DNA of 64,000 nucleotides. Origin: a virus (taxonomy: Duplodnaviria; Caudoviricetes). Under the pieces are notes generated by a model. That model was not told the DNA's origin and did no database searches. It saw only the letters and a list, made by a program, of their open reading frames with translations. Below are positions 51,966 to 62,829 of the stretch, piece after piece. A program made the position numbers and the translations under genes. The DNA lies in IMG/VR virus record IMGVR_UViG_2840842423_000001, positions 32,001-96,000 of that record; one strand, 5' to 3'. Within the stretch, counting starts at the first letter, position 1. Every line of letters starts with the position of its first letter.

Positions 51966-53012
51966 ATGTTGGCTGAAAAGGTTGTACCAATTAAAAATGA
52001 AAATGATGATGGTAGTAAAAGAGGATTCAATACAGAAGTATATGATCAGATTATGAGATTCATCAGAGACTTCTCAAGATCAAGTGAGAATACTGGATCT
52101 GCATATGAAAGAGATATTAGAAACTTCTTTCTTAAAACTAGAGACAAACAAATTGAACATTTAATCAAAAATGATTTAGAATATACAATAGAAGAGTTTG
52201 AGGATTACTATGCTTATCTTATCGATGAACGTAAAGTCTCTATTGTTACAGCGAACAGATATATTGGAGCTATAAGTGAATGTATAAAACACTTAAGAAG
52301 AAGAAGGCTGATTAATGATATATCCTTTTTAGACATTAAGAAGCACTCGGGAACGACTGACAGATACGGTATACTAACACTCAATGAAGTTGAGAAGATG
52401 GCAGAATTAGCTTCTAAACAAGGCAGAGGGAACATAGGAAGAATTAAGCAGCTGATGATACTCTTTGCATTAGATACTTGCGCAAGGCGGAATGATTGTC
52501 TTACAATCAAATGGTCTAACTTTACAGTGAATGAACATGATGTAGGTATTCACATGATTGGAAAAGGTAACAAAGACTTTAAACCTTCAATTAGTAAAGA
52601 ATTTTATAATGAGTTGTTGACTCTTAAACAATCTGAGAGTGAGTTTGTTTTCAATATACATGTTAATACAGTTAATAGAATGATGGATGATTTAAGAAGA
52701 GACATGAATATCCCAAAAGAAAGAAATATTGTATTCCATTCATTTAAGAAGACTGGTGTACAGTTTATTTGGAAAAAGACTGGTGACATTAATCAAGCTA
52801 GGAAAGCAGCCAATCACAGCAGTATCAAAACAACAGATATTTATATCAATAGAGAAGAGAATTACGGTATCATGGGTGCTATTTCATCTGGATCAAGTGT
52901 TGATGAAGAATTGTTTGAGGGAGCTAGTCATGAAGAATTATTGAAAGCAATTAGAGGATTAGGAAAAGACCAACAGATGTATATTAATTTACAATTAAAC
53001 AAACAAAAATAA
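51966..53012 (+). CDS. yopP: tyrosine-recombinase-fold protein (SPbeta YopP-like)
   Basis: SAM-like N-terminus (SENTGSAYERDIRNFF), ARRND, GKGNK, FHSFKK, ANHSS..TTDIY; synteny. Confidence 0.75.
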   Translation: MLAEKVVPIKNENDDGSKRGFNTEVYDQIMRFIRDFSRSSENTGSAYERDIRNFFLKTRDKQIEHLIKNDLEYTIEEFEDYYAYLIDERKVSIVTANRYIGAISECIKHLRRRRLINDISFLDIKKHSGTTDRYGILTLNEVEKMAELASKQGRGNIGRIKQLMILFALDTCARRNDCLTIKWSNFTVNEHDVGIHMIGKGNKDFKPSISKEFYNELLTLKQSESEFVFNIHVNTVNRMMDDLRRDMNIPKERNIVFHSFKKTGVQFIWKKTGDINQARKAANHSSIKTTDIYINREENYGIMGAISSGSSVDEELFEGASHEELLKAIRGLGKDQQMYINLQLNKQK

Positions 53013-53080
53013 AATTGGTAAAACTTACCTTTACATTAATTAGATAACAGTATATTATAAAATTAGAGGAGTGTTAAATT

Positions 53081-54421
53081 GTGAAACAAGATAAAACTCG
53101 TCAAGAATTAGAAGAAAATTTGATACAACCGACTTTATCAGTGAAAAGAAAACGAAAGATTGTACAAGAGATTAAAGATAGCTTATTCAATAATCACAAA
53201 ATAATTGGTGGAAATACACAATCTTGGATCAATGATCCAGAAACTGAATTACCATTGTTAGATTGGAGAATACTATACTTATTTGCCAAACAAATCCATT
53301 CTAAAATTAATCAATCTAATATTAACCCGGATCATTTTTACACAGAGGTAGAAGCTAAGAAGGCACAACAGTATACCGGAAACTTAACAATAATGGAAGA
53401 TGTATCACTTCCTATGGTATTCAATGACGTTACAGAATTAAGATATGGAACGTATTTAACTCATATTAGCGCAAAACTACTAGCTCAAATGAGTTCAACA
53501 TTGTTAAATTATAATTTTGACATACAAAGAGAAGCGACCAAAATAACAAGGAACAATGAGACAATCAAAGAAGCTACTTTAGTTTTGAAAAACGTATTAG
53601 AAATTAAAAGTCATTTAAAACAAGATTCATTAGAATCAACAAATATTGTATTTAATGCAGCAATAGGTACAGCAGACGATGGAGATGAATTAACTTACAA
53701 TCCAGAAACTAAACAACTACAGATTAACAAGGGCACAATTATTGACATTGTAGATGGATATCACAGGTGCAAAGGAAGTGAGTTAGCTCTAAACGAAAAT
53801 CCAGATATCAATTTTAAATTTTCATTAATTATATTAAACTATACAGATGACCGAGCTGCCAATTATCAAGGGCAGTTAGCAGAAGCAACACCAATGTCTA
53901 AACCAAAGAAGAAACAACTGTCATCTAAAAGACATTCTGATGCTATTGTAAGAGAACTAATGACACAATCCGAACTAAAGGACAAAGTGGCTGTTGCCCG
54001 TGTTCCAAGTGCACGTAATAAAGAATTAGTAACTTACGATGTCTTATCTGATACCATTGATGAACAATTTAAATTGGATAGAATGATTGATGTTCATAAA
54101 GTAACTAATTATCTAAAAACTTATTTTAATATCCTGTTAGGTGAATATGCAGAACAATTCATAGAGAACCCTATTGAGTGGAAAAAGAAATCGGTCATGG
54201 TTGAGAATAACATGTTTATAGGCTATATTGTTTTAGCAAGAAGAATGTATGAACTAGGAATAGATGCAGTAAACGTTATTGATTATATAGATAGTATTGA
54301 TTTTGATAAAAATAACGAGTTGTGGCAAGATATAGGATTCTTAAATGAAGATAAAAATTTAAATAAAACTATGTCAGCGAGAAATGCTATAGAAAACTAC
54401 TTTAAACAATTGGAATTGTAA
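53081..54421 (+). CDS. yopQ: DndB/DGQHR-like protein (SPbeta YopQ-like)
   Basis: YNFDIQRE, IVDGYHR motif; between yopP and yopR. Confidence 0.7.
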   Translation: MKQDKTRQELEENLIQPTLSVKRKRKIVQEIKDSLFNNHKIIGGNTQSWINDPETELPLLDWRILYLFAKQIHSKINQSNINPDHFYTEVEAKKAQQYTGNLTIMEDVSLPMVFNDVTELRYGTYLTHISAKLLAQMSSTLLNYNFDIQREATKITRNNETIKEATLVLKNVLEIKSHLKQDSLESTNIVFNAAIGTADDGDELTYNPETKQLQINKGTIIDIVDGYHRCKGSELALNENPDINFKFSLIILNYTDDRAANYQGQLAEATPMSKPKKKQLSSKRHSDAIVRELMTQSELKDKVAVARVPSARNKELVTYDVLSDTIDEQFKLDRMIDVHKVTNYLKTYFNILLGEYAEQFIENPIEWKKKSVMVENNMFIGYIVLARRMYELGIDAVNVIDYIDSIDFDKNNELWQDIGFLNEDKNLNKTMSARNAIENYFKQLEL

Positions 54422-54440
54422 CCAAAAGGAGTGTAAGATA

Positions 54441-55409
54441 ATGGAATTGTACAATCAAAGCACTAAGATGGAGTATTTAGACACACTAGCCAGCCCAGAC
54501 GTACAAACATTACTAAGATCGGTTTTTGAGAAATCTAAGAATACAGAGATTCTTTATGACAAAGATTTACATTCATTTAGCTTGGGTCAAATTGAAGAAG
54601 TAATAAGAAACATCAATCCTGCAACATTAAACAGCGTCTCTAACACTAAGAGTAGAATTAACACTTATCTAATATGGGCAATTAACAATGGAAGAAGAGA
54701 GAACAACATTAATCCATTAGCAGGAACGACTAAAGAATGGGAAAGAAAATTTATAGATAATGTTTCACAAAGATATTTATCAGAAACAGACATGTTTGAT
54801 CTTACAGAAATGTTATTAAATGCTCAAGATCAAGCCTTGATTCAATGTATATTTGAAGGAATATCTGGACAAGCAATGTCAGAATTAATCTCTATGAACT
54901 ATCACAGAATTAATTGGAATGACAATGAAGTCACTGTTAAAGATGTTAAAACCAATAACTTCAGAACAGTCAAAGTAAGTAATAGATGTATAAAATTTAT
55001 TGAGAATGCATATAGACAACAGGTATTTACCGCAGAAGATACAGAAAATGAAAAGCAATTAGCTGAATTTGAAGGGTCAGTTTTTAAAAACACGGTATGG
55101 AAAAACACAAGAAATCATAAGGTTAGCAGAGGAAACTTAGCGAAAAGATTGTATATAATAAAAGATAAATATGAAATGGATTCTTTAACTGTAAATACAA
55201 TCAGTGAATCTGGAAGAATTAAAATGGCTGCCGATTTATATAGAGAACGAGGAAAACTTGGCAAACAAGAGTTTACTGAAATAGGAGACAGATTTAACAT
55301 TAATAAAATGACTGTAAATGGTTACTCTTATTACGATACAGCAAAAATGAAAAATTATATTGATAGTGAAAATTTAAAAGAGATGTATAATTTAGATGTA
55401 GAGTTTTAA
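54441..55409 (+). CDS. yopR: lysogeny master repressor MrpR (YopR-like, degenerate integrase fold)
   Basis: LYNQSTKMEYL...EILYDKDLHSF...LLNAQDQALIQCIFEGISG...SEL...ISESGRI. Confidence 0.75.
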   Translation: MELYNQSTKMEYLDTLASPDVQTLLRSVFEKSKNTEILYDKDLHSFSLGQIEEVIRNINPATLNSVSNTKSRINTYLIWAINNGRRENNINPLAGTTKEWERKFIDNVSQRYLSETDMFDLTEMLLNAQDQALIQCIFEGISGQAMSELISMNYHRINWNDNEVTVKDVKTNNFRTVKVSNRCIKFIENAYRQQVFTAEDTENEKQLAEFEGSVFKNTVWKNTRNHKVSRGNLAKRLYIIKDKYEMDSLTVNTISESGRIKMAADLYRERGKLGKQEFTEIGDRFNINKMTVNGYSYYDTAKMKNYIDSENLKEMYNLDVEF

Positions 55410-55609
55410 TCCCAAATTATTTTTTTGGGATACATAAAAAACAAAAAATAATATATTGATTGAGGAATACGAGTATATAAAGTGAAAGCATGTTATATAT
55501 TGGTGTGGCTTAATCAATGTGACAAAAAGTGCTAACTTTGTAATATAGCTGTATTAATTGTCACAAAAGGTATTGCCAAAGTTACCAAAAAATAGTATAC
55601 TATTTCTAC

Positions 55610-55621
55610 AAACATTTGTTC
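55610..55621. promoter_or_regulatory. possible LexA (SOS) box just downstream of a sigma-A promoter
   Basis: AAAC-ATTT-GTTC (1 mismatch to GAAC-N4-GTTC) after TTGCCA-17-TATACT. Confidence 0.4.
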
Positions 55622-55667
55622 TATAATTTGTTCGTACCAATAAAAAAGTAGAGGAGATTATTACATC

Positions 55668-55862
55668 ATGGGGACTAAAAATCGATATTATGGGGAATTG
55701 GTTTTAGGTGTTGTAGCAAAGTCAAAACTGGAACTTGAAGAATTTCAAAACGCATTTGATGAGGATGGGCTTAGAGCAGAATTGGTTTTGCAGTTGTTAG
55801 ATGGTACGAAGAGTGTTTCAGAGGTTTTGGAAATATATTCTACAAAGTGGGAATCATTCTGA
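55668..55862 (+). CDS. hypothetical protein
   Basis: GAGGAG RBS. Confidence 0.55.
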   Translation: MGTKNRYYGELVLGVVAKSKLELEEFQNAFDEDGLRAELVLQLLDGTKSVSEVLEIYSTKWESF

Positions 55863-56905
55863 TATAGTACAAAGGTAGAGAATGAATTAATATGTTATAT
55901 AATTAATGTCATCAAAGTATACATAACTCACAGTAAAATGTACTTTGCATCGGACGTAATAAAAACGCAGATCACTTTGATGACAATACTTTTAGGGAAA
56001 GATTGACTTTTAGGATATAAAGTTATATAATTTAATTAACGGATAATAAATATTATATAATGATATGTAAGTTAAGAGAATAATTAGGTGTGTCACACAG
56101 TTACTTATGGGAGTACAGTAAGTGGTAGAGATAATTGAGAATGAATTTGAGGAGGAAGGATAGTAATGAATAATGATTTAGAGCATCCAGACATAACTAA
56201 AATACGTAAAGATGGATATTTACATATGGAGAGACAAACAGATAATACAGTTGAGGAAAATGAAGAAGACGAGTGAAAGGAATATGGATATGAAATTGGA
56301 TATATTAGAGGATGATGAGTTGTTTAGACTTGCTGCACATCAAGGTGGATATAACGAATATATAGATAAAGAATGGAAGAGCAGATACAGATTAAGTTTT
56401 CCGTATCAATTAGTGGCAGATGAACAAAAGGTATATAATGCTTTATTGGATCAGAAGATTGATTACGTTGACTGTGATATAAAAATTGTGGAGCAATCTA
56501 AAATAATAAAAGGAGTGTGCTAAAATGAATATTGAATTGATTAATTATCTTGAGCAACGCATAGAACAGTCTAACAATCTTAAATTTAGCAAGGAAACAC
56601 ATAAGGCAGACCAGTTGTTTTTCAATGGTCAAGAACAGGCATTTAAAGAGATTGTAGACTATCTACAAGGAAAATACTTCATTAATGTCGAAGGAAAAAC
56701 AGATACATTCTAATTATGATACGGTATAAATTATTAATTTATTGGGAGGAATTAAAATGAAAATAAGTAGGCGAGACGTTTTTAAGATGTTAGACAGAGA
56801 TTGTGTCGATTCGCAATCGGCTGAATTAATCAAAGAATACATTAACAGAATTCTAAAACAAGTACCAAATAGCAATGTAAAATAAAGCTGTTACTTGAAG
56901 GAGAA

Positions 56906-57289
56906 GTGAAGATGAAGATAAAAACATTTGACAATGGATTAGTTGTTAAGCATCGTAAATCTGCAATTATATTTGAAAATGCAAATGGCAAAAAAGAAAA
57001 AGAAGAACATTTTTCTTATCACTTTTCAGATGAAGATTTTAAAAGGTTTATGGAGTATATTAAAGAAGCTGCCAATGAATCATGGGCTAATATAACACCT
57101 AAAGAAGCAAATAGCATGGGAACTGATTATGATGAATACTATGACCGTAGATATGATGATAATGGGTATTTAACTATCGGAGACTATGGCATCAAAATAA
57201 GAGCACCATATTGGTCGACTGATACTTTATACCAGTTCAATAAGCCTAAAATACAATCATTTATTTACGACTTACAAAAGGCTAATTAA
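56906..57289 (+). CDS. hypothetical protein
   Basis: 127 aa, AAGGAG RBS. Confidence 0.6.
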   Translation: MKMKIKTFDNGLVVKHRKSAIIFENANGKKEKEEHFSYHFSDEDFKRFMEYIKEAANESWANITPKEANSMGTDYDEYYDRRYDDNGYLTIGDYGIKIRAPYWSTDTLYQFNKPKIQSFIYDLQKAN

Positions 57290-59123
57290 AACTATTGATT
57301 TATTCAGATAGGAGGTAGGGGAATGGAGTTATTAAAGTGTGCAAAATGCGATACTGAATTGTCAGACAAGATGGAGATAGAATATAGTCGTTGGGTCACA
57401 GAATACTTTTGCAATCCAGACTGTGCTATGTCGTATTACTTTGAATATATGGGCAGTGTTCCGTTTGATGTACACGACTTACCAGAAAGCCTTAAACATA
57501 ATAAGGTGAAAGCCGTCAATGGAAAACTATATGATATCAGTTAAAACAATTATTTTATTGAGAGAAGGAGCTGAAAGATGATGAGCGAATTAAAACTAAA
57601 AACATCTATGGAAGTTGAGATTGATAAAGAAGTTCCAAATAACGAAATTCATGTGTATGACAAAAATGGAGAATTTGTTGGTAAAATTAAAAACATTAGA
57701 GAAGAAAATTCTAAATGAAAACTATAATTTAAGGAGATGAACAAATGATAAGAAAAGAGAAATCATGCGTATATTTTCTGATTAAAAATGGTACAGAAAT
57801 CAACACAGAAGTAATACATCTAAATGATGCTTCGGAATCAGATGTTATATTGAAAGCCAAAATGAAACTAACTGTAGAACTAGGAATAAATATTGACTTC
57901 ATAGCAGATAAAGTTGGCAGAAACAAAGTACACGATGGTGATTGGACGTTTGTTGATTTTGTGGAATATATAGATTAAATATTATAATATGCTGAGGTGA
58001 AAAATGATAAACCATAAATTAATCGAACAGGATATATTGGAAGGTGGCTATCCTGAGAACATTAAAGATCAAGTTGTTTCTTTAGTTAAACGGATTGAAG
58101 AATTAGAAGGAGAAAATAGATATCTGAAAAATAATAGTGATAATAGCATTGAATTTGAAACTTATAGAAAGTGTGTAAGAGGAGACATTTAACAAATCTA
58201 AACTATATATGGGAGTGATATTATGACAAACTGCAAGATATGTGGCAATCATATGGGTATGTATTTTCAATATGCAGGTAGAGTTATAGATGTTGATTGT
58301 GAGCGTTTCGGAATATATTGTAGACGGTGTGCAATGGTTGATACAGAAAAATTACAGAGCAAGCGCTTTGTTGAGTATTATAAGGATAATGCAATTTATA
58401 TGAAAGAAGGAAATTATTATCCATATTGGGAGTGTCCATATCATTTTAAAAATATTGAAGATGTAAGAGCAAGAATAGATGATTCACATGCAGCCATCGT
58501 TGATATGGAAAACCTTAAATTTGTAAACAGTTTGAAATAAATTCCAATACTTACTTAAAAGGAGAGACATGTGATGGAAGTAACATTAGAACAATTAACA
58601 ACAATTAATCCAAAGGACTTAAAAGCACCTTATTATAGAATGATGCTTAAATCAGCAATTAAACACGTAGAAGAACAAGGTGGCAAAGCATGAGTACATC
58701 CTCATGTACTGGCTGACTTTGGTATTAAATCCAATTAAATCTAAATTTATTAAGGAGGAGCTAAAATGAAAAAAGAGGTTTCTGGAAAAGCTTATACAAC
58801 TGTAATTATGGAAATTGAAATAGACGATAGTGAGTTAGAGGGTTTAGCTCAAGAGGAAATTAATGAACTGTTTGTTGAGAAAGCCTATGATAGCTTTGGT
58901 GGCATTGACAGCTTTCTTGGAAATGGAGGAGCAGATAAGCTGATAGGTGTTACTGGCATCAATGAAAGTATCTATGGTGATGGTGAAGTGGATTTTGATG
59001 AAGTAGAGAATGTTGAAGATTGAATAAAAGAATACTTTCATTGTAATTTAACAGCGACTTGGAAATATCACGGTGATTTTAGATCAAATAGAGATTTTAA
59101 ATAAATATTAGGAGATGAATTAA

Positions 59124-59528
59124 ATGGGATTAGATGTAAGTCACGATGCTTTTAATGGCGCATATTCTGCATTCAATCGTTTTAGATGGTTCGTATTAAA
59201 ATCAATTGGAGGTAGTTATCCACCACATGGAAACAAAGAACTAAATGAGGGTTATTGGTATTTCGGAGATGGGTACTCTCCAGAAACACACAAAGGATTA
59301 ACGGAATTTTTAAAACATTCAGACTGTGATGGAGAAATTAGTCCAGAAATGTGTAAGATTGTTGCTGATGAATTGGAAGAGATTATGCCACAGATCGAGA
59401 AGTTAGCAGAAACAGAAGAGTCTTATGGACATATTAAAGGAAATGGTGGATATGTAGAAGTTACTAAGAGATTTATAGAAGGATGTAGACTGGCACATGA
59501 AAGAAATGAGCCTTTAGAATTTCTTTAA
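59124..59528 (+). CDS. conserved phage hypothetical protein (HSDCDG motif)
   Basis: MGLD...GAYSAFNRFR...HSDCDGEI. Confidence 0.65.
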   Translation: MGLDVSHDAFNGAYSAFNRFRWFVLKSIGGSYPPHGNKELNEGYWYFGDGYSPETHKGLTEFLKHSDCDGEISPEMCKIVADELEEIMPQIEKLAETEESYGHIKGNGGYVEVTKRFIEGCRLAHERNEPLEFL

Positions 59529-59566
59529 AACATGCATTATAACGAGAAAAGGAGAAGTGAAGAATA

Positions 59567-59846
59567 ATGAATGAGACTAAATATCAATATTTACTATTTG
59601 CATTTGACAGTCACGAAGCAGGCGGTGGCATGGAAGATTTAATTTTTTAAATTCAATACACTAAAAGATATTATAAGTTTTGAATATCAAAATTTATATC
59701 ATTATCAATTAGTTAGTACAAGGGATTTTTCTTTTAAAGAATTTACGACTAATATTATTTATCGTGTAGGCGATGACGATTTTGAGGAAATTATCGGACG
59801 AAGACGAGTGGAATTTATTAATTGGCTGACTAGAGAATTAGTCTAA
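59567..59846 (+). pseudogene. ORF interrupted by +1 frameshift in a T6 run
   Basis: Deleting one T at 59643-59648 restores a continuous ~92-aa ORF ending at 59846. Confidence 0.5.
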
Positions 59847-61125
59847 ATAAAATCCACATTTTAAATGAACAATAGGAGGAGCTTAAATGACTAGATTTTA
59901 TGTTGAGCACAACAATAGTACAGATATGTATGAAATATTTGATGGATTTAGGGATAAGCCCATTGAGGATAACAGTGATGAAAAATATATCAGCAACAAA
60001 TGTGGTCGGTTAAATCAGGATGTTGAACAAGGTGTCATAACTGAAAATAACAACCCTGAATATTCACATGATTGGTAACACAATTAAAGCAGTCTCACAC
60101 TAAAAGGAGATGGAGAAATGTCATTATCAATAGCAATATTAGTATGGTTGATTATTGGGTTTATTGTGGGGCTATATTCAGTTAAAGACTTTGATGAACA
60201 GGATCATAGAGAATATTGGGAGTCATCTGGTCTAGGTAAAATGACTGGATATCCCAAAAAACCTAAAATGTTTGATATAGTCATCTACACCTCACTAGGG
60301 TTATACGGTCTATTCGTTGTAATTAAAAATCGATTGAAATAACAGACTTATTAAAAGGAGAATGAAAAAATGGACAGAAAATTATTTAATATAGTGCAAG
60401 GGTATAATGGTTTAGCAAATGACATTTATTTTAAGTTGATAGACGAATTAAAAATTGATATGGATGTAGCTGAAGAGTTGACACAAAAGGTGTACGACTA
60501 TAGTGACAAGGTACTTAAAACTGGCAACTATGTTGATCGAGACATGTTTGTAGATAAGTGGACTCATTTAAATAAGAAATATAATGAGTTGGAAAAATAT
60601 CATAAGTTTCATGTTATTTACGAATACGATAACGGATTAATTTTGGGTGAGACAACATCTGGGCTAGGTTATCTAATTCCAAAAGATCACTTGGAAAAAT
60701 ATTAATAAGTTGAATGTTTAGTTCAAAATAGTGAGGTGATGACAAATGTACGAACCATATTTTTTAGAATATCGAAGAGATGGAAGATTAGAACTCTATG
60801 AAACCGATGGAACTTTTTACAACCATGATTCACAAGATTTGCTAATTGCTACACTGTATGACGATGAAGAAGCAGAGAGATTGTGTAGGATTCTAAATGA
60901 TATTTACTATGGAAAGATTCAATTAAAATAATCATTTTAAAAGGATGGAAGATATGAGTGAATCTCAAGGTCTGTATAAGATGTATTTAAGAGGGTTGGT
61001 AACATTCGAACAATTGACAGGCTTTATTCATGACAAATTAATAACCGAAACGTTCGAAAGTTTGGGTGTTAGTTCTGAACACTTTAAATAAAAGAGCGAA
61101 TTTATATAAAAGGGGGGTATGTTAA

Positions 61126-61380
61126 TTGGAAATTAAATTTAAAAATGGCAGTCTCATAAATACACTAGAATCAGAAAACATAATCAGAGGTAGTCAGAGT
61201 AAAAATATTGAGTGGGTCAAAAGTGATAAGCCAATGAGTGAGTACTTTATTAAGTATATTCTTAATGGTGAAAAATTCGATTTTAATGATTTTAGAACAA
61301 AAGAAGAATTTAACAACTATGAAAAAGAATTGAATGAGTTTTTACAATCATATTTCATAATTGACAATGAAGGTATTTAA
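61126..61380 (+). CDS. small protein with terminase-like FxNGSxI...RG segment
   Basis: IKFKNGSLINTLESENIIRG; AAGGGGGG RBS. Confidence 0.5.
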   Translation: MEIKFKNGSLINTLESENIIRGSQSKNIEWVKSDKPMSEYFIKYILNGEKFDFNDFRTKEEFNNYEKELNEFLQSYFIIDNEGI

Positions 61381-61389
61381 GCAAATGAG

Positions 61390-61614
61390 GTGTTACTTAT
61401 GGAGACTGCTTCTGTTCTGACCAACTTAGAACGAAAAATAATAACTATTATTCAACACCATAATAAAAGAGGTCGATCCACATCATTAAGGGAATTAAAA
61501 ATGCGGTTGAGTCATGAAGAATCTAAGATTCAAAGTACAATCGAGGATCTAATCAAAAGAGAGTGGATCAAGATTCATGAAAATGAGTGGACAGTAGTTA
61601 AGAAGTTATTTTAA
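61390..61614 (+). CDS. winged-helix (LexA-N-like) DNA-binding protein
   Basis: LTNLERKIITII...TSLRELKMRL...IEDLIKREWI. Confidence 0.55.
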   Translation: MLLMETASVLTNLERKIITIIQHHNKRGRSTSLRELKMRLSHEESKIQSTIEDLIKREWIKIHENEWTVVKKLF

Positions 61615-62003
61615 ATTACTTTATAATTGTGGATGCCTTTACAACGAATAACAGGAGGATGAAAAATGACTTATATGAACATGAGCGACTTTGATATAGA
61701 AGTACTAGAAGTTAGACGTAAGGCAAAAGAACACTTTAATAATATGAGCAGCGAAGAATTTAGGGAGTTTATGGGTGATATGTTAATAGACAAAGAAGAT
61801 GATAACAGAGTGTTAGTTGGTAAGAATTATGAGGAGATTTTAGAAATAATAAACGAACAAGTGTATTCCGCTGATATATCTAAGTTGGCAGATATTGCGA
61901 GAGAGTTGTTGGACTGTTCTTGGTATGCTGATCATACACGATAAAAGGCTCGTTTTATTTTATTTTATAGTTGACAGAAAATGCGAAGGAGTGATTTTTT
62001 TAA

Positions 62004-62393
62004 ATGAGAGAGATTAAATTTAGAGCTTGGATAGAAAAAGATAAAAAAATGGTTGATTTGTCTAGTTTAGAGTTTGATCGTTGCGGATTCCCCGAAGCAG
62101 AAGGAGACCAAATTTTATTCGAAGTGGGTTACAGAAAAAGAAAAAGTGATTGGGTCTATAAAACTGCCAGAAACATTGTTGTCATGCAATACACAGGTTT
62201 GAAAGATCGCTATAACACTGAAATTTACGAAGGTGACTATGTAATCGGTATTAATCGAATTACCGAAGCAGAAATAGAGCACGAGGTAACATTTTTAAAT
62301 GGTTGCTTTATGTTCGGCAACTGGAACGCTCATGAATACTTCAATAAACATGCAGAAATATTTATTTCGGGGAACAAATTTGAAAATAAGTAA
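62004..62393 (+). CDS. yopX: YopX-family protein
   Basis: MREIKFRAW...MQYTGLKD...EIYEGD...GNKFEN. Confidence 0.9.
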   Translation: MREIKFRAWIEKDKKMVDLSSLEFDRCGFPEAEGDQILFEVGYRKRKSDWVYKTARNIVVMQYTGLKDRYNTEIYEGDYVIGINRITEAEIEHEVTFLNGCFMFGNWNAHEYFNKHAEIFISGNKFENK

Positions 62394-62697
62394 TTCGCAT
62401 TCCGATTATGTTGCGAACCAGTAGATAAAAAAATGAGGTGATTAAAAGTGAATAACATCATAAATCAATATGCATATAAGAAAGCAGGGCATTTATCCAA
62501 TTTAATTGGTAAAGTTGAGATCAGTGAAAGCATCATGTATACATATCAGCTAAAGTTTCACTCTGGAACAGTTACAGGATTTGATCATGTTGATGATATT
62601 GTGGTTGTGGAGTTTGGTGACACTGGAGAATGAGCACAAATTATATCATTGACATTTATCATCAAACGATGTAATATGTACAAGTGTTAGCAACAAT

Positions 62698-62771
62698 GTA
62701 CCCTTAGCTTAGTTGGTCAGAGCCATCGGCTCATAACCGATAGGTCGTAGGTTCGAATCCTACAGGGTACA
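62698..62771 (+). tRNA. tRNA-Ile2 (anticodon CAT; lysidine type), CCA not encoded
   Basis: Acceptor GTACCCT/AGGGTAC, anticodon arm ATCGG-CTCATAA-CCGAT, T arm GTAGG-TTCGAAT-CCTAC; body resembles Bacillus tRNA-Ile(CAU); Met not excluded. Confidence 0.85.
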
Positions 62772-62829
62772 CTTTAAATTTTTTACAATGGGTAAATAGT
62801 GCTATACTATATAATAAGGAGATGTGAAT

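Larger units (their letters stand above)
56166..61944 (+). other. array of ~25 small co-oriented hypothetical ORFs
   Basis: Each has a strong RBS; many are delimited by TAAAA-N6-TTTTA palindromes; includes Zn-finger ORFs at 57323 and 58223. Confidence 0.65.

Noticed and set aside
51966-53012. YopP as the prophage integrase with a nearby att site
   Set aside because: Phage genes continue on both sides, no host junction is visible, and SPbeta-like phages integrate with a separate recombinase.
53081-54421. DndB-like gene as a phosphorothioation system
   Set aside because: No dndACDE; the synteny fits the YopQ regulator.
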